A stretch of DNA of 64,000 nt from Chiloscyllium plagiosum (Eukaryota), in the NCBI RefSeq assembly GCF_004010195.1, contig NC_057718.1, positions 78,542,935-78,606,934 on the forward strand, read 5' to 3'. Both the position numbers and the translations under genes were made by a program. Below the pieces are notes generated by a model that saw only the letters and a list, made by a program, of their open reading frames with translations, was not told where the DNA came from and did not search any database. Of this stretch, positions 51,587 to 63,069 are shown piece after piece. How positions within the stretch are numbered: the first letter of the stretch is position 1; every line of letters begins with the position of its first letter.

Positions 51587-51904
51587 TTAGATTAGATTAC
51601 TTACAGTGTGGAAACAGGCCCTTCGGCCGAACAAGTCCACACCGACCCGCCGAAGCGCACCCACCCAGACTCATTCCCCTACATTTACCCCTGCACCTAA
51701 CACTACAGGCAATTTAGCGTGGCCAATTCACCTAACCTGCACATTTTTGGACTGTGGGAGGAAACCGGAGCACCCGGAGGAAACCCACGCAGACACGGGG
51801 AGAATGTGCAAACTCCACACAGTCAGTCGCCTGAGGCGGGAATTGAACCCGGGTCTCTGGCGCTGTGAGGCAGTAGTGCTAACCACTGTGCCGCCGTGCC
51901 GCCC
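51587..51904 (-). mobile_element. HE1-type SINE, young, full length
   Basis: Reverse complement of the 24016 copy; possible short TSD CTTAG. Confidence 0.92.
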
Positions 51905-52029
51905 CTTAGTATTGAAGGAAACGTGTATTGAAAGGGAGAAAAGAAAATGTGATCTCTTAGCGCTGAATTTCATACTGAGAACATTGAGGTTCAAACTGGT
52001 GTGAAGTAAATATTTGGTTGTTACTTTAG

Positions 52030-52138
52030 GTGGAAGACAAGTGCTTTAAAGGCACATTATCAGCAGATTGTTCAACATTCAACGGAAACTCATAATACGA
52101 AGGACACTGATGCAGTGAAGATTGCCCTCAACTCATGA
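52030..52138 (+). CDS. SLC22A2: Probable terminal coding exon 11 of the SLC22A2-like gene
   Basis: TTACTTTAG acceptor; phase-2 frame WKTSALKAHYQQIVQHSTETHNTKDTDAVKIALNS-stop; followed by AT-rich non-repeat sequence with ATTAAA. The tail has no recognisable homology, so it is inferred from position and phase. Confidence 0.6.
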
Positions 52139-52276
52139 ATTGGATTGCAGCATTAACCACAATATTGGCCAGTTAGATTTATATGTCATACTATCTACTG
52201 TGTACTAAGATATATTGTTATTGTTTGTTGTACATAATTATATAAAGTGTTATAACTATTATGATTCTATGCTGAA

Positions 52277-52352
52277 ATTAAAAACATAATTTCACTGTCA
52301 GTTCACTCTTAAAAAAGCATTTTGACAACTGGTGTTGAAGTTGAATATTAAA
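52277..52352 (+). terminator. Candidate polyadenylation signals (ATTAAA at 52277 and 52347)
   Basis: Variant hexamers in the AT-rich region after the putative stop. Confidence 0.35.
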
Positions 52353-52754
52353 CTATAAAAAATTATGTTTGGATTAATTATCTGTAATGAAAATTACTGA
52401 AAATTTCATGCCCATAATTATAGCTTAGATCTTGGAAAATAATTTCATTTTTATCTTTTTCAAGAATTCTTCAGTAATAGAACAAACCCTGTCCCTTTCT
52501 CATCAACCATGTGGAACAATCCAATCTCGTTACCTCAGCAGCTTAGTGTAATCAAAGAACTGTGAATGCTGGAGATCTGAAACAAACAAAAATAGAAGCT
52601 GTTGAGGAAATTCAGCAGGTCTGGCAGCAATTAATGTTTTGGTCACTGAACTCAAAATGTCAACTCTGTTTCACTCCATAGGTGCTGCCTGGCCTGCTGA
52701 GTGTATCCATCAATTTGTGTTTGTGTTTGTTTTATTTCATCAGATTTGTTTTCT

Positions 52755-55410
52755 TCACTTGTGGAATATAGGTGTCAGTGGTTGGCCAGCATTTATTGCC
52801 CATCCCTAAATTGCCCTTGTAAAGATGGTGGTGAGCTGCCTTCCTGAATCGCTTTAGTTCCTGTTCTGTAGGTGGATCTACAACGCCAATGATGAGGGAG
52901 TTCTAGGATTTTGACCTTATGACAGTGAAGGAACGCCAATATATTTCCAAGTCAGTATGGTGGCTTCAAGGATGACTTGCAGGTGGTGATGTTCCCATGC
53001 ATTTGCTGCCCTTGTCTTTCCAGAGCAGTTCTGAGTTTAGAAGATGCTTTCTAAGGATCCTTGGCCAATCTTTGCAGTGCATCTTGTAGTTAGCACACAC
53101 CGCTATTATTGAGTGTCAATGACACAGGAAGTGTTTGTGAATGTGTTTCCAATCAAGCAAACTGCTTTGTCCTAGATGGCATTAAGTTCCTTGAGTGGTG
53201 TTGGCGCTGCACTCATCCAGGCAAGTGGATATATTCCATCACATTCTTGACTTGTTCCTTTTAGATTGTGGACAAGCTTTGAGGAGTCAAGAGGTGAGCT
53301 ACCTCTGATCTGCTACCATAGCCACTGTATTTAAATTGCAAGTCCAGGTGAGCTTCTGGTGGATGGTAACCCCAGGATGCTAGCAGTTGGGGTTTCAGTG
53401 ATGGTCATGTCTTTGAATGTCAAAAGATGGTGAGTTTGTTTGCTTATTGTTGGAGATGGTCACTGCCTCGCATTTATGTGATTAAAATGTTACCTGAACA
53501 CTTGTCAGTCTAAGCTTTGATATTTTCCCAGATGTTGTGATGTTTGAATATGGAATGCTTCAGCATCTGAGGCGTTGCGAATAGTGCTGAACGTTGAGCA
53601 AAATTCTGCAAACATTCCACTTCAGACCTTATGAAGTAGGAAATATCATTGATGAAGCAGCTGAAGGTAGCTGGGCTTAGCACACTCTCGTGAGGAACTC
53701 CTGCAGAGCTGTCCTGGAGCTGAGATGATTGGCCTCCAATAACCACAATCATCTTCCTATGTGTCAGGTATGACTCCAACGAGCAGAAAGTTTGCCCCAG
53801 TTTCCATTCATAGAAGTCATAGAATCTGGACTGTGTGGAAGCAGGCCATTTGACCTGAGTCGACACCGACCCTCTGAATAGCATCCCATCCAGTCAGATC
53901 CCCTACCCTATATCAGGAATCCTCTATTTACCATGGCTAATCCACCTAGACCTGGATACTATGGGGAACTGAACATGGCCAATCCACCTAACCTGTATAT
54001 TTTTTGGAGGAAACTGAGCACCCTGATGAAACCCATTGATTCCAGTTTTGCTACAGCTCCTTGATAACACAATTAGTCAAATGCAGCCTTGATGTCATGG
54101 GTTGTCACTCTCTTCTCATCTCTGCAATTCAGCTCTTTTGCCCATATTTGAACCAAGGATGGAATGAGATCAATGGCTGAGTGCCCTTGCCGGAACCCAA
54201 ACTGGGTATCAGTGCACAGGTTGTTACTAAGTAGGTGCTGCTTTATAGCACTCTTAACATCTTCCATCACTCTACTGGTGATCAAAAGTACACTGATGGG
54301 TGCTAATTAGCTGTGGTGGATTTGTCTGCTTTTTTGTACAGAACATACCTGGGCAATTATCCATATAATCAGATAGATGTCAGTGTTGTAGCTGGACTGG
54401 AGCAGCTTGTCTAGGGGAACAGTAAGTTCTGGAGCACAAGTCTTCTGTACCATTGCCAGAATGTTGTCAGGACCCATTGCCTTTGCAGTATCCACTGCCT
54501 CCAACTGCTTCTTCATATTGCATTAAGACTCATATTGGCTGAAGACTAACATCCATGATATTGAAGACCACTGCAGGAGGTCAAGATGAATCATCTGCTC
54601 AGCACTTCTGGCTGAAGATTGCTGAGAATGCCTTAGCCTTACTATTTGTACTGATGTGCTCAACTCTTCCATCATTGAGGATGGGGATATTTGTGGAGCC
54701 TTCTCCTCCAGTGAGTTGTTTAATTGTCCACTACTATTCATGACTGCACGTGGGAGGACTGCAGAGCTTAGATCTGTCTGTTACTTGCTTCTTATGCTGT
54801 TTGGCACGCAAGTAGTCCTGTTTGGTAGGTTCAGCATGTTGACATCTCATTTTGAGGTATGCCTGCACTCTCCATTGAACCAAGTTCATATCCTGGCTTG
54901 AAGTTAATGGTTGAGTGGGGCAATATACCATGAGATTGCAGATTATGTTGAAGCATCATCCTGCTGCTGCTGATGGCCCATAATGTTTCATGGATGTCCA
55001 ACCTTCAGTTACTCAATTGTGTTTGAATTCTTTCTCATTTAGCATGGTGATAGAGCCACACAACATAATAGAGGATATTCCCAATGTGAAGGAGGGATTT
55101 TGTCGCTACAAGAACTGTGCTGTGATCACTTTTACTGACACTGTCACAGACAAGGTGCATCTGCAACAACCAGATTGGTAAGGTGAGGTCGAGTATGTTT
55201 TTTTCCTTTTGTTGGTTTCCTCACCACCTGCCATGGACCCAGTCGAGCAGATGTGTCTTTTAGGACCCAACCAGCTCGCTCAGCGGTGCTTCCACTGAGC
55301 TACTTTCGGGACTTTGAAATCTCCCTCCGAGAGTACATTTTGCACAATTGCCACACTCAATGCTTCCTCCAAGTATTGTTCAAAATGGAGGAGTACTGAT
55401 TCATCAGGGA
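52755..55410 (-). mobile_element. LINE of a second CR1/L2-group family (ORF2 to 3' end); related pieces at 34880-35170, 49130-49570, 63070-64000
   Basis: KAMGPDNI, QFGFRQGHS, DIKAAFD and GVPHESVLSPATFSCFIND RT motifs. Confidence 0.8.
53809..54033 (-). mobile_element. 5'-truncated HE1-type SINE nested in a LINE
   Basis: 3' half of the HE1 sequence. Confidence 0.75.
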
Positions 55411-55414
55411 GGTT

Positions 55415-56690
55415 TTATGAAGTTTAAATTATATTTGACTAATTTGCTATAATTCTTTGAAATGTACCAAACAATGTGGATAATGAGGATCCTGTAGATG
55501 TAGTACATCTAGGCATGAAGGTGATAAGGTGAAGCACAAAAGTTTAATATACAAGGTAAGGTTGCATGGGGTAAGGGATAATTTAGTAACTTGAATAGAG
55601 GATTGGCAAACCAGCAGAAAGCAAAGAAATGGAATAACATGCCAAAACTAGTTGACCCTAACTATTTACAATCTATATTAGTAACTTGGACACAGGAATA
55701 GAAAGTACTGTAGTGAAATTTGCAAATGACACTAAAATAAGTGGGAAGGTAAGTTGTCATGAAGAAATAAGAAATTTACAAATGGATATTGGATAGATTA
55801 CTTGAATGGACCAAAATTTGACAGATAAAGTTTAACATGGATATCCATTTTGATCAGAGGAATAGGAAGGCAACTTACTATCTAAATGCCAGAGTGCTTT
55901 GGTGCAAAGGAATCTGTGTGTTCTCATGCATGACACACTGAAAACTAGTTAGCAGGTACAGCAGGTAATAGGAAGGAAAAAGTAGTGTTTTGGCATTTAT
56001 TGTGAAATGAATAGCATATAACAATAGGGAAGAATTGTTGTAACTATACAAGACATTAGTGAGACTGCACCTGGAGTATTGTCAACATTTTTGACCCCTT
56101 TACTTGAGGAGGGATAAAGTTAAAATTTACGCAACACTAGGTCATAGTCCAATAGGTTTATTTGGAAGCATTAGCTTTCAGAGGCTGTTCCTTCATCAGA
56201 TAGCTGTGGAGCAGGATCATAAGGCACAATTTATAGCAAAAGATTACAGAATCATGCAACTCAAACAATATATTGAACAAACCTAAATTGCTGTTAAGTC
56301 TTTCATCTTTTAGAATGGGTGCAGGTTTTGGTTCATTAATATGTAACTACCAGAACTTCATTCAAGTCACAGTCTCTTGATAACTTAAGGTTTTATTAAA
56401 AAAAAGTGTCATCTCAGCTCAGACAATGCACTAAAGGTGTGAAGTTAGAGTCTGTCTGTGACCCAATTTTGAGTAACTGTATAGGAGGCAGTTCAGAGAA
56501 GGTTCATTAGATTGATTCTAGAGATTAGGATATTGTCTCATGAAGAGAAATTGAGCAGTTTAGACGTATACTCTCTGGAGTTTAGAAGAATGAGAGGAGA
56601 TCTAATTTAGATATATATATGGTGTTAAGGGAGTGACAAAGTAGATGTAGAAAGGGTGTATTCTTATGTAGGGCAATCTAGAACAGTGCA
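55415..56690 (+). mobile_element. Old CR1 RT fragment interrupted by a Penelope-like insert
   Basis: KFANDTK and HLEYCQ remnants. Confidence 0.7.
56119..56475 (-). mobile_element. Longer Penelope-like 3' fragment, family A, decayed hammerhead at 56169-56202
   Basis: First about 85 bp match the 503-590 arm, then about 270 bp of further sequence; interrupts a CR1. Confidence 0.7.
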
Positions 56691-59600
56691 ATCAGTATAA
56701 AAATCTCTACAGCCAAAGATTTGGGCCCATTTACCTGGGAGTTGGAGCTGGGGGAGAAGTGCATGGAGTGGTGAGTATAAGAACTTGATATAAATTTACT
56801 TATTCTGAAGTACGGAAAGAAAACTGAAGTTATGTGACAGGAAAAGAATGACCTGTTGGCTTTGTATTCTATTCATTGAAGGTTGAGGGTATCACTGGTT
56901 AGGACAGCATTTATTGCCCATCCCTAATTATCCAATGGGCAATGGTTTCATGATCATATTAGACTATTATTTCCAGATTATGATTGAATTCAAATTCCAT
57001 CATCTGACATGGCAGGTTTCAAACCCAGGTCCTCAGGAAATTATCTGGATTAATAGATTAACAGTTCAGCGGTAACACCACGAGGCTGTTGCCTTCTCAA
57101 TGGGCTGGTAAGGGAACTAATTTTAGGAACACTGCTTAAATTGCAGTTATTTTTAAAAGTGTCAAATTATTTAGTAATAAAGTTAACTAGTAAGACTAGT
57201 TATGAAGTTTAAATTATGGCAGGCAATGGCAGCTGAGTGGAATATGTGTTCTGTCATGTAGGGAGTCACAGGTTCTACCACCATGTAGGATGACCATGTG
57301 TGCAGGAAATGCTTCCAACGCCACAGATTAGAGCTCAGGGTTTCACAGTTTGAGCAGCGGCATATCCATGAGGCTGAGAAGTAAATGGATAGCACAATTA
57401 GAGAGGTGGTTACACCACAACTGAATGAACTGGAGGAAAGAGAAGAATGGGTAACCACCAGCCAATCAAACAGGAACAGACAGGTAACTCAGAAGTCCCT
57501 TGTGATCCTGCTTACAAATCCGTCTTCCATTTTGAAAACTGAGGAGGTTGGTAATGCAAGGGTGTGCAGTCAGAGTCAGGCGTCTGGCACCAGAGCAGCC
57601 TGACTGCATAGGAGGAGAGGAAGAAGAAAGCAGGAGCATCAGACATCACTTTAGGATGATGGCTTGCCTCCCTGGTGGCAGGGCCAGGGATGTCACTGAA
57701 TGGCTGCAGGGCATCCTGAAGGGGGAGGTGATAAAACAGAGGTCATTGTGCATATTGGTACCAATGATATAGATAGAACAAGGGTTGAGGTCTTAAATGA
57801 AGTCTTCAGAAAGCTAGGCAATAAGTTGAGAAGCAGGACCTTAAAGGCTGTATGTGCTACGAGTACAGAAATAAGAGAACAGACCAGACGAATGCATGGC
57901 TCAACATGGAAAATTTTAGATTCCTAAATCACTGGGACCATTTCAGGGGAAGTGGGACCTCAAAAAGCATCTGAACCAGAACAGGACTAACTTCCTTGCA
58001 GGAGGGTTTGCTAGTATTGTTGGGAGAAATTTAAATAAATTCAGCAGGGGCAAGAAACACTGTACATTAGTTCAATAGTGACACTGAATAACTTAGAAGA
58101 AAAACCTAAGCAGCGCACTTTCAGTCACGTGATGTCTCAAGATGCAAGGTGAAGCTGGATGGCCTCTACTTATAATGACAGGAATATTAGAGGTAAGACA
58201 GATGAGTTAAGGGTATAGATTGACACATGGAATTGTGATGTTGTCATTACAGAGACATAGTTGAGGGAGGGTCAAGAATGGCAACAGAACATTCTGGAGT
58301 ATAGGATCTTCAGGCAAGACAGTGAAGGGTATTGCATTACTAGTTAGGGAGTCAATTACTGAAGTAAGGAGGTATGATATCTTGGAAGGGTCATCAAATG
58401 AAGCTTTGTGAGTAGAATCTAGGAATAAAAAGGTAGCAGTCATGTTATTGGGAATGAATTACATGTCCCTAAACAGGCAGCAGGTAATTGAGGAGCAGAT
58501 ATATAGTTAATTCACTAAGGCATGTAAAAAGAATAATATGGTAATTATTTTAGAATATTTCTACTACCCCAAACTTAATTGGAATAATCATAGTGTAAAA
58601 GGGCTTAGAGGAGGCAGATTTCTTGAAGTGTATACAGGAGAGTCTTTTAAGTCAACACTTAGATGGTGCAGGGGATGATGCAGTGCTGGACCTATTTCTG
58701 AGGAGTAGATCTGTTCGAGGCAACAGTGGAGGAACAGTTTCGTGATAGTGACCATGGCACTGTATATTTTAGGTTTGTTACGGAAAAGAGATGGGTGTTT
58801 GTAAAAAGAAAATAATTTTGGATTGGGTAAGGCAGAGTTTTGTTAGAATAAAGCAGAATCTGCCCAAAATAAACCAAGAACAGCCTCTTGAGGGTAAATC
58901 GACACAACAGTGAGAGGCATTCAGAAAGGTGCTTCAGGATGAAATGTAGGTGAAAAAGGTCCAGAGAACATTAGATGTCTAGGAAGACACAAGACTAAAA
59001 AAAAAGGAACAGAGATATATATATAACAGAAAGAAAGGAAGCAAAACAATAGAGGCTGTAAAGGAATATAGAATATAAAGGGGGGAATGCAAAAAAGCAA
59101 CTAAGAGAGCAAAGAGAGTGCCCAAAAAGATGCTGGAAGACAAGATTAGAGACAATACCACGATATTCTATAAGTATATCAAAGGAAGAAGACTATCCTG
59201 AGAAAGAGTAGGGCTTATTAGAGACCAAGGAGACAATGTGTGTGTGAAGTCAGATGTGATTGGTAGAATGTTAAATGAATATTGACATCTGTCTTTATTC
59301 AGGTGAAGGAAGATGTGTCTGCAGAATTCATGAAAATGGACTGTGAAATTCTTGAGCAGATTAACATAAGAAGCGAGGAGGTATTGGAAGTTTTGGCAGA
59401 TTTAAAAGTGGACAAATCCCCAGGTCCAGATGAGTTATATCTCAGGCTGCTCTGGGAGACCAGGAAAGACATTGCAGGGGTGCTGACCCCAATTTTTAAA
59501 TTGTCTCTGGCCACAGGGTAGATGTCAGAGGACAGGAGGACAGCTAATGTGGCTAATGTGGTCCTACCTCAGAAGAAGGGTGGTAGAGATAGACAAGGGA

Positions 59601-60219
59601 ACTATAGTCTCTCATTACTGTTAGGGAAACTAATGGAGGAACTAGTGAGGGAAAAATTAATCACTATTTAGAGAGGCAAGGTATGATTAGGGACAATCAG
59701 TATGGCTTTGTCAGCAGCAAGTCACGCCTGACAAACAGTTTGGATTTTTCAAGGAAGTGACCAATTATTTAGTAGTTAAGGGTAAGGTAGTTGGTATAAT
59801 TTAAATGGATTTCAGCATAGCCTTTGACAGGGTCCCATATGGGAGATGGATAAAGAAAGTAAATGCTCAAGGGATCCAATTTAACTTAGCAAGTTGGATC
59901 CAAAATTGGCTTAGTGACAGGGGACAAAGGGTGACAGTAGAAGGTTGTTTGCATGACTGGAGCCAGTGACGTACCACAGGGATCAGTGCTGGGTCCCTCT
60001 CTATTTGTGCTATTCATAAATGATATTGATAAGAATGTGGTGGGGGGAGATGATAAGTAAGTTGGCGGATGAAACAATGATTGGTTCGGTGGTTGACAAG
60101 TGAGGAGGAAAGTCTTAGCTCACCAGAGGATATAAATGAATTGGTCAGATGGTATTTAACCCTGATAAATCTGAGGAGATGTACTTTGGAGGAAAAAACA
60201 AGACAAGGGAGTATTCAAT

Positions 60220-60334
60220 TAGGAGAACGTGAGGACTGCAGATGCTAGAGAAGGGCTTATGCCCGAAACATCAATTCTCCTGCTCCTTGGATGCTGCCTG
60301 ACCTGCTGCGCTTTTCCAGCAACACATTTTTCAG
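60220..60334 (-). mobile_element. Penelope-like insert, family B, with internal inversion
   Basis: Perfect 16-bp TSD CAAGGGAGTATTCAAT. Confidence 0.85.
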
Positions 60335-60814
60335 CAAGGGAGTATTCAATGACTATCAAGACATGAGGAAGCTCAGGAAAGAGAGAGATCTTGGGGTGCT
60401 CATCCATAGATCTCTGAAAATGACAGGAGAGGTTAAAAGGATAGTTAAGGCATATGGGATGCTTGATTTTACTGGGCATAGTATAGGTCATAAGAGCAGG
60501 GAGGTAATGTTGGAGTTGTACAAAACTTTGGTTAGATCACAACTGGAGTACTGTGTGCAATACTATGGGAATGATGTGATTGTATAGGAGAGGATGTAAA
60601 GGAAATTCACCAGGAAGTTGGTGCAGAACAGAGCATTTCAGCAATGAAGAGAGGCTGGATAAGCTCAGATTGTTTTCTTTGGAGGAATGAATGTTGAAAG
60701 GGGACCCGTCAGAGCTGCATAAGATTATGAGGCACATAGACTGGGCGAATATAAAGTGATCGTGCTGATTCGTCTAAGGATCAATAACAAGAGTGCATAA
60801 TTTTATTATGCATG

Positions 60815-61128
60815 ATGGCATGGTGGCTCAGTGGTTAATACTGCTGCCTCACAGTACCAGGGACCTGGGATTGATTCCAGCCTCCGGCAACTGTGTGTAT
60901 GCAGTTTGCACGTTCTCCCTTTGTCTGCATGGGTTTCCTCCGGGTGTTCTGGTTTCCTCCCACCAATTGGCCATGCTAAATTGCCCATCATGCTCAGTGA
61001 TGTGTAGGTTGGTGCATTAGTCAGGGGTAAGTATAAGGTAGGGGGAATGGTCTGGGTGGGTGACTCTTGGAAGGTTGGTGTGGATTTGTTGGGCTGAAGG
61101 GCCCGTTTCCACGCTGTAGGGATTCTAT
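60815..61128 (+). mobile_element. HE1-type SINE nested in CR1
   Basis: A box, core and GGGATTCTAT tail. Confidence 0.88.
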
Positions 61129-61599
61129 AATTTTAAAGTGCAAATCAGGAGGTTTGGAGGGGATTTGAGGAAAAGCTTTTTCATCCAGAGGGTGTTGGAA
61201 GTCTGGAATGTACTGCCTGGGAGGACAGTTGAAGTGGGTAATCTCAACTTTTAAGAAGTACTCAAAGTGTTACAGCATTAAAAGCTATGGATTTAGTTTG
61301 GGAAAGTTGGACTAGTTTAAGTCATGGTATAACTTTGACAATGCAGACTCAATGAGCTGAAAGACCTCTTCTATACTCTTAAAATTCTAAAGTTTTAATG
61401 TAAGGGATAGATTTAAAACAGAGACGAGAAGAAATTACACTGCCCCAGAGTGTGGTTAATTAGTAACTCAATTGAAGGGTTATGGAGAATGGGCAGGAAA
61501 GTAGAGTTGAGGCCTAACTGAGATCAGCCATGATCATATTAAATGGCGAGTAGCCTCAAAGGGCTAAATTGCTTCCTCCTGCTCCCAGTTCTTATGTTC

Positions 61600-62650
61600 C
61601 CCTGAGTTTATCTTCTCCAGCAAGTGATTCCCACCTATCAGTGCAAATATTGCATTTTTTAAGGAGGCTTTCAAGGTTTCCTTTTGTGTTTCCTCTGTTC
61701 TCCCAGTGAATGCTTACCATTGTAGAGCACAGAGTAGAGCACTTGTTCAGGGAATCTTGTGTCAAACATGTGGACAATGTAGCCATCCCATCGCAGCTGA
61801 CTGTGTGTGACCAGTGCCTCAATACTAGGGGTACTGGCATAGGAGAGGATGCTCAGGTTGATAAGCATAGTCTGTCATTGGATTTGCAGGATTTTACAAA
61901 GGTAGTACTGGTGATAACTCTTCAGGGATTTGAGGTATCTGCTGTACATGATTCATGTTTCTGATACAAACAGAAGATTGGGGACCACAGCTGTTCTGTC
62001 AACCATGAGCTTGCTGGTGGGTTTGAGATCTTGGATATCAAATACTCTCTGTTCCCCAGGTGTCCAAAATATATTGGCACATTGGAGTCACTTTTGGATC
62101 TCATTGTCAATGTCTGCTCACACTAAGAGGTTTAGGGAAATGATTCATGTTGCCAGGGTCTTGCTGGAGACATTGATGGTTAAGGTGTAGTGTTGTGTGG
62201 CAGGAATGCACTATTAGAGAACCTTTGTTTTCTGAACAATTAGTATGAGACTCATCTTACCATCTTCCTCGGTGAACGTGGAGAAAAGCATTGGTGAGAT
62301 GATACAGTCCTGCTTGACCCCAGTTTGCACTGGTATTGGATCTGTGATGGATACATTGGTGAGAATCACAGCTTGCATGTCATCACGAAGCAGGTGGAGA
62401 ATAGCTACAAATTTCTGTGGGCAGACAAATTTAAGGAGGCTATTCCACAAACCCTCACAGTTGACAGATTCAAAGGCCTTTGTGTCTATCGAAGAAGGCC
62501 ATATATGGAGGTTGGTGCTATTCTGCGCTTTTTCTTAGATTTGTCACGCATTGAAAACCATGCCTCTTGATGAACAGAAGCTGTATTGAGAATCTGAGGT
62601 GACAGTTGAAGAGGATTCTTGCAGTGACCTTCACTTTGGTGGACAGTCCA
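61600..62650 (-). mobile_element. RTE-clade LINE fragment (a smaller piece lies at about 48340-48840)
   Basis: CPQKFVAILHLL..DMQAVI..TGVKQ and QLRW.G.IV.M.DTR.P.QVLY motifs typical of RTE ORFs. Confidence 0.75.
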
Positions 62651-62654
62651 GAAA

Positions 62655-62970
62655 TAGATTAGCTAGGTGACCCGATTGTGATGCAAAGTGATGCCAACAG
62701 CGTGGGTTCAATTCCTGCATCAGCTGTGGTTACCATGTAGACCTTGCCTTCTCAACCTTACACCTTTTGCCTGAGGAGAAAGTGAGGTCTGCAGATGCTG
62801 GAGATCAAAGTTGAAACTTTATTGCTGGAACAGCACAGCAGGTCAGGCAGCATCCAGGGAACAGGAGATTCGACGTTTCGGGCACAGGCCCTTCTTCAGG
62901 GCCTTTTGCCTGAGGCATGGTGAGCCTCAAGCTAAACTCCCCAGCAGTCATCTCTCTCCAAATAGAGAAC
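62655..62970 (+). mobile_element. Second tRNA-like SINE family, split by a Penelope-like insert (related copy at about 25745-25860)
   Basis: B box GGTTCAATTCC with shared flanks in both copies. Confidence 0.45.
62775..62901 (-). mobile_element. Penelope-like insert, family B, intact hammerhead core (62868-62901)
   Basis: Minus strand C-CUGAAGA-A-GGGC-CUGU-GCCC-GAAA-CGUC-GAAU; TSD CCTTTTGCCTGA(GG). Confidence 0.85.
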
Positions 62971-63069
62971 TACTTAGAAAAAGAGAGCGTCCCGAAGACA
63001 GTCAGCACCTCTTAATCAATAGTCTGCTCAAAGACACCCTGTCTGGGTTGCCAGGGCCCCCCAATTCCT

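Larger units (their letters stand above)
57200..61595 (+). mobile_element. Older near-full-length CR1 LINE plus adjacent CR1 3' fragment, heavily mutated
   Basis: ORF1 remnant (CLPGGRARDV, VIVHIGTND), endonuclease and RT remnants (LKVDKSPGPD, LEYCVQ); interrupted by Penelope-like and HE1 inserts. Confidence 0.85.
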
